63,100 bases of DNA, filler included, from Methanobacteriota archaeon (GCA_024860865.1; 7 parts of 7 records of this genome joined end to end with filler, not necessarily neighbours in it); one strand, 5' to 3'; shown: positions 51,227 through 60,936, counted from the whole stretch's first letter. A program made the numbers and translations. The notes: generated by a model not told the origin, from the letters alone.

Positions 51227-51227
51227 A

Positions 51228-51327
51228 NNNNNNNNNNNNNNNNNNNNNNNNNNNNNNNNNNNNNNNNNNNNTTAATTAATTAANNNNNNNNNNNNNNNNN
51301 NNNNNNNNNNNNNNNNNNNNNNNNNNN
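51228..51327. other. Artificial contig linker
   Basis: N-run + TTAATTAATTAA + N-run. Confidence 0.98.
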
Positions 51328-51329
51328 AA

Positions 51330-51482
51330 AGCGACTTAGTTGGCAGAAAAAGCCAATTTGTCTGCAATAGAACTTTGATGATAAAAGCTGATAAAGCCTC
51401 AAAGAATTTTAGTAAAGAATTTGTAAAAGCTATCAAAAGTCCGAATCAAGAGATAAAGATAATATTGATTGCTGAGAAATGA
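51330..51482 (+). CDS. 3' fragment of a DUF371-family protein
   Basis: DLVGRKSQFVCNRTLMIKADKAS. Confidence 0.65.
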   Translation, partial: SDLVGRKSQFVCNRTLMIKADKASKNFSKEFVKAIKSPNQEIKIILIAEK

Positions 51483-51898
51483 TTGCCGAATTAAAATGAG
51501 AATTAGATTTTCGAAGAAGCTTTCTTGAGCTTGAGTGGAAGTACTAAGTAATCTGTAATCTTTCGAGAACAAGTAGGACAAACATAGATAGTTAGGCCGA
51601 TACCGTTTTGTTCACTCATTGATATACGACAATCTGGACAATTCAACTTTTGTTTGATGTCCTCTCAATTTTTTTGTTTTCATTTATTTAAAGTTAAGTT
51701 TCGGTATAAAAAAGTTTCTATTTCGAAAATTTTTTATCAACAGCATGAAAAATAAATTTTTTTCTTTATGTTCTGGAAATTCAGAGCTTAGCAAATCATA
51801 AAAATTTATTTTGCATCAAGATTAAGGCTAAACTAACACAATTCTAATCCTAACTTTTGGCAAATACTTCTGTGGGAGATTTAAACTATTAGCTTCTT

Positions 51899-52066
51899 CT
51901 AAAACTCTAAGCAGGAAGATGCTTTAGAATAGCAATCTTCGCATATTAGTATTGGTTTAAGCATCTCAAAAGCTAATTTCCCAACGTAACCATTAATTCC
52001 GCATTGGCAACATTTTACTTCAATATCCTCTTTCCTAGAGCTATCTCGTATCACTAAATATTCCAT
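51899..52066 (-). CDS. 55-aa putative zinc-finger protein
   Basis: AGGTG RBS, ATG, CCQC...CEDC. Confidence 0.5.
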   Translation of the reverse strand: MEYLVIRDSSRKEDIEVKCCQCGINGYVGKLAFEMLKPILICEDCYSKASSCLEF

Positions 52067-52666
52067 TAAAAGCAACACCTTTATACGGCACGGCTTTGGG
52101 ACAAAAATAGTTTAGCCTTTCCTCCTCAAGACCCTTTCGTCGGCTGGCATTAAAACTACTCTCCGATCAAAACGTTTATAATTTGTCTCCAAATTTTTCT
52201 TCAGTTGTTTATCCACTTTCTATTAAATTTAACGGCTTTTTCCTTTTTCTAATCGTTAGTTTTGATTTGGATATTCCAACCAAGGTTCTATCCATACATA
52301 TTCTTAAGAGAATTATCTTAGCCTTTTCCCATCTCAAGTAAAAAAATTAACAATAAGTATAAAATTTCACGCTCATGTGAAGAAAGTCGTGGGTAGTTCA
52401 AAGTTTGGTCTCCATGTCTTCAGGGCATTGGAGTTTTTATTTTAGTAGAAAATATTTACAAACATTGAAAATTGGAAAGGACTTCCAACTTTTGAGCTAA
52501 AAGAGATTTGATTTTCCATAGGTTAGAACCTTCAATTATCCACAGCAGTTGCCCACAACTTCCTTAACAAGAACAAGAGCGAAATTTTAATAAATTAAAT
52601 TTCAATAAAAGTTTTGAGTCTTTTTTATGTTTTAAATCTAATGTTCAATGTCCATGAAGTTAAACG

Positions 52667-53470
52667 GTGATGAAGATGGCGGAAGAAAATAAGGGGAAAA
52701 AACCAAACTACGGGTATACTGCAGTGAAATATTTTGCATATATGGGGGTTATTGGGTTCATCGGATTATGTGTGGCGCTCATCGGAAGCTTTCTGACCCC
52801 GCCTTTGAGTACGCTATTGATGCTCATTGGGATACCGGTTGCTTTCGTCGGATTTTGGATAGCAGTTTCGTATGTGGTTCTCTATAACTCGCTTTTCAAG
52901 AGAGAGGCACAGGAAAAACTATGGGGAGAAATCACCAAACTCTCCAAGATAAGAGGAGATGAGAAAATTCTAGATGTAGGTTGCGGCATGGGCAGGGCAT
53001 CAATCCGTTTGGCGAAACAGCTGACTACGGGAAAAGTAACGGGCATTGACATTTATGGTGGTGTGAGTGGAACTTCGCCAGAACCCGCACGCAGAAATGC
53101 AAAAATCGAGGGAGTTGCTGATAGGGTGGAATTCAAATACGGCAATGTTTTAGACATTCCCTTCAAAGACAATACATTTGATGTTGTAAATGCGAGTTCG
53201 GTTCTGCACGAAATACATGGGCTTGAAAATCAACAAAAGGCCATGCAGGAAATTTACCGTGTGCTGAAGCCTGGTGGAAAATTCGTCACGCTTGAAATTC
53301 TGAGGGCACCAAAACTTTTCTTCCTGATGCTCTTTTTCGGCTTCGTATGGAGTCCAAAAGAGCACTGGACAAACCTCATAAAGCAGACAGGGTTGGAAAA
53401 TCTAAGGGCATTTGTGCTCAAAGCCTTGCCTGATATAGGAATATTTGTGGCTGAAAAACCTCGAAAGTGA
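52667..53470 (+). CDS. Membrane-associated class I SAM methyltransferase
   Basis: 2 TM, ILDVGCGMG, EIYRVLKPGG. Confidence 0.9.
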   Translation: MMKMAEENKGKKPNYGYTAVKYFAYMGVIGFIGLCVALIGSFLTPPLSTLLMLIGIPVAFVGFWIAVSYVVLYNSLFKREAQEKLWGEITKLSKIRGDEKILDVGCGMGRASIRLAKQLTTGKVTGIDIYGGVSGTSPEPARRNAKIEGVADRVEFKYGNVLDIPFKDNTFDVVNASSVLHEIHGLENQQKAMQEIYRVLKPGGKFVTLEILRAPKLFFLMLFFGFVWSPKEHWTNLIKQTGLENLRAFVLKALPDIGIFVAEKPRK

Positions 53471-53588
53471 CTAATTCTAGCTTTGGTCGTGCTGAGATTG
53501 GGGGATCCTAGAATGCTAAGGAGAGATATGAAAATCCCCTTTGCCTAAACCTCCACTTTTATCAAATGCGCCAGCAATTTTTAATCTA

Positions 53589-53720
53589 TGGTGCGGAGGA
53601 GAGGATTTGAACCCCTGTAGGGCCTACGCCCATGGGATATCCCACAAAGCCTTGAGTTTAATGCCAGTCAGAATAACTGAACTTGGTCCCACCCATTTAA
53701 CCAGGCTCTGGCACCTCCGC
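53589..53720 (-). tRNA. tRNA-Leu(CAA) with introns at 30/31 (53687-53658) and 37/38 (53650-53639)
   Basis: GCGGAGG/CCTCCGC-A-CCA, long variable arm; both introns fit BHB geometry. Confidence 0.88.
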
Positions 53721-53957
53721 GCAATTAATAATTGCTTTTTGAAATTTAAATAATATCCTCATCTTAAAAATGCAGAAATTGACTAATCGTGCATTTTTCA
53801 TATAACTGAAATATTCGTTTCCAGAAGGTCATATCGTAATTTACAGTTCTCGCCAATGTTCTAAATTGAAAGAATTCACTCTTAGTTTCTAAAACGTATG
53901 ACTCCAGTATGACGAAAGTAATTTGATTGAGAAAATCCAATTAACAATGGGATCATC

Positions 53958-55427
53958 TTGGAAGAAGTTAAATTATTAGATAACTATAGTAACGTTAGGA
54001 TTTATCGAAAAGGAATCGACTTAGTTCCGACCTATGAGGTAGATGTGCCTAAATTTAGCGATGATGATGAACGCATTATAAACTTGATTTTAGAGAAAGC
54101 TGCTGCTGAAATTCAAATTGATCCATATTGCATTAACAGCTTTAGAACTAGAAAAGAAATTTTTAGGAATCAAGTGAATAAGCTCATAGATTCAATGGGA
54201 ATTTATTTTTCAAACGATGGTGAACTTAAAAAAGCAACAGCAGAGCGCGTAGTTCAGAAAATGGTAGGTTATGGCTTGATTGACTTTTTGCTTGAAGACG
54301 ATAACCTTGAAGACATTATGGTAGTTGGACCTAATGTTCCTGTGTATATTTACCATAGGGTTCATGGGATGTGCCGGACAAATTTAGTTTTTAAATCTAA
54401 TCGCGATCTTTCAGCTATTTGCGAGAAAATTGCACGCGAAGTTAATGGACATCTAGATTTTGCATCACCAACTCTAGAAGCGCACCTTGCAGACGGCAGC
54501 CGAGCAACTGTAGTTATTCCTCCTTTAACTCGCTACACTCAGATTTCTATCCGGAAATTTTTGAAAAGCCCTTATTCAATTGTTGATTTGATAGAACGAA
54601 ACACTCTTGATTCAGAAACAGCAGCTCTTCTTTGGATTGTAACAGAATTCGGTCGCAACTGCATTATAATCGGTGCGCCAGCTGCTGGCAAAACTACTTT
54701 GATGTCTATTTTAGCTTCCTTCATCCCAAAGCTAGAACACGTTGTTACAATAGAGGATACCTCTGAGCTAAAATTGCCTCATGAGAACTGGGTTCCTCTC
54801 TACACCCGCCCACCAAACATTGAAGGCAAAGGTGAAGTAAAGGCAGATCACTTGCTTTCAATTACTCTTCGGATGCGCCCAGATCGAATTCTTATTGGAG
54901 AAATTCGAGAAGAAGAGACGCGAATGCTTTTTGCTGCAATGAATGCGGGACAAATTTCAGGTTGTTTTGGAACAATGCATGCTCGCAGCTCTAACGAAGT
55001 TATCCCCCGTCTAATTGGTCCTCCTATGAATGTCGAGAAAGGCATGATTAGAGCCCTAGATTTGATAATCTCGTTAGAAAAGATTCACAATATTGAAAAA
55101 GGTATTGAAGTTCGCAAAGTTTTTGAAGTTAGTGAAGTAACGCCTGAAAAAGATGGATTTGAAATAAAAACATTATGCGAATACGATGCGAAAAACAATT
55201 CTTTCCATCTGCATACTAATAAGCTAGCTTCCTCAAAAATATTGCATGAAATAATACATCAGAATGGATTGAGCTCAAATTATATCCAAAACGAGCTCAA
55301 AAATCGAAAAAAGATTTTAGAATATTTACAGAGAAATCACATTAGAGATTTTCAAAAAGTTTACGAAATTATTCAAGCTTATTATGCCGACCCAAAAAAG
55401 GTAATTGAAGCAGTAATTTCAAGATAA
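53958..55427 (+). CDS. Type II/IV secretion (CpaF/VirB11-like) ATPase
   Basis: GAPAAGKTT, TIEDTSEL, LRMRPDRILIGEIR, GTMHA. Confidence 0.92.
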   Translation: MEEVKLLDNYSNVRIYRKGIDLVPTYEVDVPKFSDDDERIINLILEKAAAEIQIDPYCINSFRTRKEIFRNQVNKLIDSMGIYFSNDGELKKATAERVVQKMVGYGLIDFLLEDDNLEDIMVVGPNVPVYIYHRVHGMCRTNLVFKSNRDLSAICEKIAREVNGHLDFASPTLEAHLADGSRATVVIPPLTRYTQISIRKFLKSPYSIVDLIERNTLDSETAALLWIVTEFGRNCIIIGAPAAGKTTLMSILASFIPKLEHVVTIEDTSELKLPHENWVPLYTRPPNIEGKGEVKADHLLSITLRMRPDRILIGEIREEETRMLFAAMNAGQISGCFGTMHARSSNEVIPRLIGPPMNVEKGMIRALDLIISLEKIHNIEKGIEVRKVFEVSEVTPEKDGFEIKTLCEYDAKNNSFHLHTNKLASSKILHEIIHQNGLSSNYIQNELKNRKKILEYLQRNHIRDFQKVYEIIQAYYADPKKVIEAVISR

Positions 55428-55716
55428 GACGCATAAACATCCAATATCCTCAATTAAACCAAATTCTTGGGCCATCTCGCAATGTTTGTTATCATCTATA
55501 TGGTGGAAAACTATACTTCTTGGTAATGAACAAATGGTCACGAGAAAGATGCTGGGAAAGTGATCGATTTTTTAAAAGAGTTCAGTGCAGAAGTGCATGT
55601 CAGAGAAGTGTTTCTAACGCCGGGTGACGAAAAGGTCTTGAAGAAGAAAGGCTAAACTATTTTTGTCCCAAAGCCTTCCAGAGTGATACCTTTAAATGTT
55701 TTGAAGTTTAATTAAC

Positions 55717-55935
55717 ATGGCTATAAAGGAAAACTATTTGCAGCAAAGAATTACAGCTATGGAAACCGAGCTTCAGTTACTTAAGAGAAGGGTAGCTATG
55801 CCTACGCCATCTAAAGAAGAGATAAAAAAAAGAATTAGAGAATACAGAAGCCTAGTGAAGGAGATTTCCAAGTCTTTAAAGGTTGGGGAAGACCCAGATA
55901 CATACATTGCCAAGCTAAGAGCCAAGGAGTATTAG
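55717..55935 (+). CDS. Probable VapB-like antitoxin
   Basis: Small helical ORF ending DTYIAKLRAKEY, followed directly by an MKLVLDT stub. Confidence 0.55.
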   Translation: MAIKENYLQQRITAMETELQLLKRRVAMPTPSKEEIKKRIREYRSLVKEISKSLKVGEDPDTYIAKLRAKEY

Positions 55936-56004
55936 ATGAAGCTTGTTCTTGATACCTTAAAGGCATATAATTTTTTAAGTGATATCTATGGAAGCTATGG
56001 TTGA
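55936..56004 (+). pseudogene. Stub of a PIN toxin N-terminus
   Basis: ATG immediately after the antitoxin stop reads MKLVLDT, then loses similarity. Confidence 0.4.
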
Positions 56005-56233
56005 AACCCTTAGTAAATATCAAGGGAATGCTACGTGGATCAGCCAGCACTATAGCGATTTGAAGAAGAAATACAAGGACGAGTGGGTTGCAGTCTCGAA
56101 TGCAAGAGTTATTGACCATGATAAAGATTTGTCCTCATTAGTTGATAGGTTGGAGAAAAAATATCCAAAATTGTACAACCAAATAGCTGTGGAATATATT
56201 GCTAGAAAAGAGATAGATCTTATTCTGGGCTGA
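55979..56233 (+). CDS. DUF5678-like small protein
   Basis: LKKKYKDEWVAV...VIDHDKDL. Confidence 0.7.
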   Translation: MISMEAMVETLSKYQGNATWISQHYSDLKKKYKDEWVAVSNARVIDHDKDLSSLVDRLEKKYPKLYNQIAVEYIARKEIDLILG

Positions 56234-56317
56234 CTAAGTTGGTGAAAACTTCAGAATCTAAAGCGAATATAGCCTCTGAGTAGGCTTAAAAATCACAAGA
56301 GTTTGAAGTCCTGTGGG

Positions 56318-56389
56318 AGCCCCGGACGGGATTTGAACCCGCGATTTACTGCGTACGAGGCAGTTGCCTTACCGCTTGGCCACCGGGGC
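56318..56389 (-). tRNA. tRNA-Thr(CGT), intronless
   Basis: Clean cloverleaf: GCCCCGG/CCGGGGC-T, ACTGC-CT-CGT-AC-GCAGT, TTCAAAT. Confidence 0.95.
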
Positions 56390-57489
56390 TATTTAGTATT
56401 AATGTCAATGTAGCTATTTAATAATGCGTCAACTGCGATTTGATACTCATACGGAGCATAAGGTCGAACGATTCTTTTATGTAGGATCTCAATTTCTCTT
56501 CCGGCTTTTTTTGCTGAGCTGGTTATCCTCTCAATTGCCCTTTCGAAAATATCATGTTGTTCTTCGCTTCCTATCTCGTAGTAATGGATTATCCCACCAA
56601 CTGGTTTAAGAGCAGATATTGCGCTATCTAAAAACTCAAAAGCAGTATGAGGCAAATTCATAATCACTCTATCAGCTTGATTTTTAAGTTTAGTTTCAAT
56701 TATTTTTTTAGTATCTCCAAGAAATGGTATTACCTTTCCCTCAACTTTGTTCAACTTTATATTTTCTTTTAAAAATTCAACTGCCACAGGATTTTTATCA
56801 ATAGCATAAATTTTTTCAATTGGCATGCTCTTTGCGATTAGAATCGAAAAGGGGCCAATTCCGGCAAACATATCAACTATAGTTTCACCAGGCCTAACCT
56901 GGCTTGCAACTCTTTTATGCTCAGTTGCTAACCTTGGACTAAAATAAACTTTATTGATATCAACTTTAAACCTGCAGCCATATTCTTTATGAATTGTTGT
57001 AGTTCTCGTCTCACCAGCGATGACTTGAGCTTCTCTAACTCTAAACTCACCACCTACTGCACCAACTTTTTTTGCAACAACTCTAATTTGAGGATGCACA
57101 TCAAAAACAGCTTTAGCAATTAAATTTTGAGCATGCATTAAACCTTCTGGGATTTCAATTATTGCGATATCCCCAACAATATCGTAAGAGACTGGAATTA
57201 TAGCAAGCTCAAACGGAGTTAGTTTATCTTCTAGAGCTTCGGTTAAGTTTCTCGGCTTTCTTTCTTTAGCTGGAACTGTTGGCTCAACCTCTGCTTCAAC
57301 TATTTCAAATGGAATTTTCAATTCCGCTAAAACAGCAGGAGAAGGCCTTTCAACTAATGGGATTAACAAAAATTGGTCTTGATGGGCAATTTTGTGACTT
57401 TGATCAAATATCTTTAGCTTAATCAGCGCAGATCTTACCCGCTCTCCGTGTTGTTTTGGGACTTTTAAACAAAATATTTTATTGGTCAT
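56389..57489 (-). CDS. trm5: Trm5-family tRNA G37 methyltransferase
   Basis: YDIVGDIAI, YFSPRL, DMFAGIGPF, RVIMNLP. Confidence 0.9.
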   Translation of the reverse strand: MTNKIFCLKVPKQHGERVRSALIKLKIFDQSHKIAHQDQFLLIPLVERPSPAVLAELKIPFEIVEAEVEPTVPAKERKPRNLTEALEDKLTPFELAIIPVSYDIVGDIAIIEIPEGLMHAQNLIAKAVFDVHPQIRVVAKKVGAVGGEFRVREAQVIAGETRTTTIHKEYGCRFKVDINKVYFSPRLATEHKRVASQVRPGETIVDMFAGIGPFSILIAKSMPIEKIYAIDKNPVAVEFLKENIKLNKVEGKVIPFLGDTKKIIETKLKNQADRVIMNLPHTAFEFLDSAISALKPVGGIIHYYEIGSEEQHDIFERAIERITSSAKKAGREIEILHKRIVRPYAPYEYQIAVDALLNSYIDINTK

Positions 57490-57547
57490 AGTTCTTAAAA
57501 TGATTTCATGGAAGGTGAATTAATTTCTATTGGATTAGGTTTATACG

Positions 57548-57827
57548 GTGAACTACCTACTGGCTAAAGCCAGTGGCATCACAGATGCCTTATGGTTTCC
57601 AAGGTCGCACACTGGTTGGTTAGCCTCTCGCTATCGAGGCGTAGCTGCACAAAGCCTTGGTTATGGGCTGGTTCACAAACAGCCCTGTTCCCAAACATAT
57701 AGTCTAGGAACCTGTTTGCAATATTTATTGCTCCATTTAAATCTGCATTATATTCTAAGCCACAAGAGCACTTGAATAATCTTTTTATTCTAACTCCTTT
57801 CGCTCCACATTTATGGCAAGTTATTGA
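57548..57827 (-). mobile_element. tnpB: IS200/IS605-type right end with 3' part of tnpB (stop at 57579)
   Basis: SITCHKCG...[19 protein letters not shown]; hairpin ACTGGCTTTAGCCAGT followed by AGGTAGTTCAC. Confidence 0.85.
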
Positions 57828-57927
57828 NNNNNNNNNNNNNNNNNNNNNNNNNNNNNNNNNNNNNNNNNNNNTTAATTAATTAANNNNNNNNNNNNNNNNN
57901 NNNNNNNNNNNNNNNNNNNNNNNNNNN
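57828..57927. other. Artificial contig linker
   Basis: N-run + TTAATTAATTAA + N-run. Confidence 0.98.
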
Positions 57928-58066
57928 AAGTAAGGATTAAAAAAGGATTTTTCAGCATAAGAGGAGCAAAACCGATTCATATAATCCAAACTTTAAAGCA
58001 ATAATAGAGTATTACAAACTTTAAATGAAAAATATTTATATGTGAATTATATTAACCTTTTACTGA

Positions 58067-59038
58067 ATGAATGATAAAAATTTAATTAAATTATCGATTA
58101 TTTGTTCAATTATAGGCTTAACCTTGCTATATATCTCCTCGATATTAGTAGAGCCTGCTTTAACTTATATTGGAAAAATTGACCAACGAGATATCGGGAA
58201 TTCTGTTAAAATCAGTGGCTCTATCTCAGATGTTAAGCTCAATCCACAGGGCCATGTGTTTCTAACTATAGAAGATTCAACCGGTCAAATTCGTGCTTCA
58301 ATTTTCAACCAAATTTCTAAAAAAATCGATTCAAGTTTATTTTTTGCAGGTAATTTGATTGAGATTTCTGGAACTTTAGATGAATTTAGGGGGCAGCTCC
58401 AGATTATTCCGAAGAATAGCCGAGATGTGAAAATTACAGAAACTTATGCAACAAAAATCTCAGAAGTGTTGAATGATAACTCCTCTAATCCTATCAAAAA
58501 AATCCAAGGAAAAATTGAGAAGCAATACAATGTTGGTGAAAATTTAGTTCTAAAACTTTCGGATGGCTCAGGTTCAATTTCTATATTTTTACCAAATGAT
58601 TTAGTGAGTGAGTTAGAATTGGCTCATGATTCGAAACTTGAAATCAATGATATAATACTAGTTGGTGGAGCTCTCACAAAATATAAAGGGACTTTCCAAA
58701 TCTTAGCTAAAGATGTTAAAATTATAGAAAAACAAACTATTTTAATAACACCAATTTCTCAAATCACGAGAAGTTTTCTTAATAATACTGTAAAAATTGA
58801 AGGCACAATTGCCCAAATTATTAGATCAAAGAAAGGACATCTGTTTTTAAAAATCAAAGATAGCACAGGGGCAATTGAGGTGCCACTTTTTTCTACTGTA
58901 GTCAATCAATTAAAAGGGCGCGGTTTAGATCCAGCAACAATCGAGGTTAATGATGCTATTAGAGTAAAAGGTGTTGTTAGAGAATATGAAGGGCAACTCC
59001 AAGTGGTTCCAAGGTCTGCAAAGGATGTTGAACTATGA
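58067..59038 (+). CDS. Membrane-anchored triple OB-fold protein
   Basis: N-terminal TM; three repeats of D.TG.I...G....(Y/F).G..(Q/E). Confidence 0.8.
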   Translation: MNDKNLIKLSIICSIIGLTLLYISSILVEPALTYIGKIDQRDIGNSVKISGSISDVKLNPQGHVFLTIEDSTGQIRASIFNQISKKIDSSLFFAGNLIEISGTLDEFRGQLQIIPKNSRDVKITETYATKISEVLNDNSSNPIKKIQGKIEKQYNVGENLVLKLSDGSGSISIFLPNDLVSELELAHDSKLEINDIILVGGALTKYKGTFQILAKDVKIIEKQTILITPISQITRSFLNNTVKIEGTIAQIIRSKKGHLFLKIKDSTGAIEVPLFSTVVNQLKGRGLDPATIEVNDAIRVKGVVREYEGQLQVVPRSAKDVEL

Positions 59039-60261
59039 TATTTTTTGATTATTTGTTGTTTGTAGCGTTTGGGATTGTTCTTGGGATTGCAACAGGTTTA
59101 ACCCCGGGCATACATATTAATGCTGTTGCCGCATTGATCATTGCAATTGCTCCACTTTTAAGCAATTTTGCACCTCTTTGCCTAGTTGCAACCATTGTAA
59201 GCATGGCGATAATTCACATTTTCCTTCAATTCATCCCTTCGATTTACCTTGGAGTGCCAGAAGAAGGTACTGTACTTTCAATCTTGCCTGGTCACAAATT
59301 GTTGCTTGAAGGAAGGGGGGCAGAAGCAATCAGATTAACAGTGATTGGTTGTTTTGGGGCCATATTAACTTCAATAGCCCTGCTTGCTGGATTGGTATAT
59401 TTCATTTCAACATTATACTCAATAATTAGACCATCAATTGGCTGGATTTTACTTGCAATTGTATTTTTTATGGTTGGAATTGAGCAAACGTGGAAGCAAA
59501 GAGCTTGGGGCTTGTTAGTTTTTGCTCTTTCAGGTTTGCTTGGATATGTTGTCCTCAATTCGAACTTAGTTCCGCCGAAGCATGCGTTGTTTCCTTTGTT
59601 AGCTGGTTTATTTGGGTTGAGCACACTTTTTATCAGCATGAAAAGTTGTCAGTTCATTCCTGCCCAATATGATGTTACCGAGATTAAATTTCCAAAGCAA
59701 AGGTTGGTAAAATGTGTTACGTTTGGATCGATTGCTGGGATGGTAGTGGGATTACTTCCGGGCGTAGGAGCTGCACAAGCAACAGTGCTTGCACAGCAAG
59801 TTAGCGGGCGTAATGATCATAGAGAATTTTTAGTTTCTGTGTCTGGAGTTGATACCAGCAATTTCATTTTTTCATTGGCTGCTATCTATGCAATTGGTCA
59901 TCCTAGGAGCGGAGCAGCTGTCGCTGTTGAGAAAATTTTGGGTGGATTAAATGTCTATGAGCTTTTATTTATGATTTCAATAATTTTGCTCACTAGCGGG
60001 ATTGCTGTTATAATCGCTCTTAAATCGAGCAAATGGATAGCTAAAAGACTTGAGCGAGTTAACTATCGAAAACTTTGCCTAGCTATCTCTGTGTTCATGC
60101 TAGCCTTGATCGTGGCACTAACTGGACCATTTGGATTTTTGATAGCTTTTGTATCAACCTGCATTGGTTTGATTGCGCCATTAGTTGGGATAAGAAGAAC
60201 TCATGGAATGGGAGTTTTGCTTTTGCCCACTATAGTTTATTTCTTGACATTGAGCTCGTGA
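59035..60261 (+). CDS. Archaeal TctA/DUF112-family membrane protein
   Basis: GLTPGIHIN, FIPSIYLGVP, LPGH, RSG, RRTHGMG. Confidence 0.88.
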   Translation: MIFFDYLLFVAFGIVLGIATGLTPGIHINAVAALIIAIAPLLSNFAPLCLVATIVSMAIIHIFLQFIPSIYLGVPEEGTVLSILPGHKLLLEGRGAEAIRLTVIGCFGAILTSIALLAGLVYFISTLYSIIRPSIGWILLAIVFFMVGIEQTWKQRAWGLLVFALSGLLGYVVLNSNLVPPKHALFPLLAGLFGLSTLFISMKSCQFIPAQYDVTEIKFPKQRLVKCVTFGSIAGMVVGLLPGVGAAQATVLAQQVSGRNDHREFLVSVSGVDTSNFIFSLAAIYAIGHPRSGAAVAVEKILGGLNVYELLFMISIILLTSGIAVIIALKSSKWIAKRLERVNYRKLCLAISVFMLALIVALTGPFGFLIAFVSTCIGLIAPLVGIRRTHGMGVLLLPTIVYFLTLSS

Positions 60262-60284
60262 ACTACTCATGGCTATAGCCGCGA
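60258..60284 (-). mobile_element. Solo IS200/IS605 right-end remnant
   Basis: GTGAACTACTCATGGCTATAGCC resembles GTGAACTACCTACTGGCTAAAGCC at 57548. Confidence 0.6.
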
Positions 60285-60376
60285 ATATCTATTAAGATAC
60301 ACTAGTGAATAGATACTTAAAAAGGTGCTTGGAGCAGTCAATAGGCAACAGTAAGAAATAAAAGTTGTGATATCAA

Positions 60377-60622
60377 ATGATATATAAGGATATTATAAGA
60401 GAAAAGTGGGAAGTTAGGGTAAGCCACCACGCCTTTATAAGAGCAATGGAAAGGGGAATAACGCCGGATATGATTGAGGCCACGATAAAAGGTGGCAAAA
60501 CAAGGGAATTTGGAAGGAGAATGGTCAAGTTTACAAAGGAGTATAAGATGGGGAAAGTGGTCTGTGTTGGAGAGAAAAAGGAAGCGGATAAAATAAAAAT
60601 ACTCACAATAAAGTGGGGGTAG
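60377..60622 (+). CDS. DUF4258-like putative toxin
   Basis: SHHAFIRAMERGIT, KILTI. Confidence 0.75.
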   Translation: MIYKDIIREKWEVRVSHHAFIRAMERGITPDMIEATIKGGKTREFGRRMVKFTKEYKMGKVVCVGEKKEADKIKILTIKWG

Positions 60623-60624
60623 TT

Positions 60625-60936
60625 ATGGCAAAGGTTTGCTGGGAATGTAAGGGGAAAATGAAAGAATATGTGGCAAAAACTCCGGAAGGAGTTGAATACA
60701 GGTACTGGAAATGCTCAAAATGTAGTGAAGAGGTTTTGGACATCAAGCAGTTGCACGCAGTAGCCGAAAAATATAGAGCACTAAAAGCTTATTCCGTAAC
60801 TATTTCTAAGTGGGGCTCTGCCCTGGCCATTAGAATCCCGAGGGAGGTTACGCAGGTACAAAGAATAAAAGAGGGGAAGAAGGCTCTCCTCATTCCAGAA
60901 AAAACTGGATTTAAAGTAATTCCTGAAAAGGCATGA
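60625..60936 (+). CDS. Zn-finger + AbrB antitoxin-like protein
   Basis: CWEC...CSKC, SKWGSALAIRIP. Confidence 0.8.
   Translation: MAKVCWECKGKMKEYVAKTPEGVEYRYWKCSKCSEEVLDIKQLHAVAEKYRALKAYSVTISKWGSALAIRIPREVTQVQRIKEGKKALLIPEKTGFKVIPEKA

Noticed and set aside
53638-53686. tRNA-Leu(AAG) with one 42-nt intron
   Set aside because: Needs C33 and T37; the two-intron CAA model gives a canonical loop and two BHB-type motifs
57548-57775. 75-aa plus-strand ORF
   Set aside because: Antisense to tnpB and its right end
5785-57927. Six TTAATTAATTAA motifs within N-runs as a biological repeat
   Set aside because: Identical 100-nt six-frame-stop linkers from assembly concatenation
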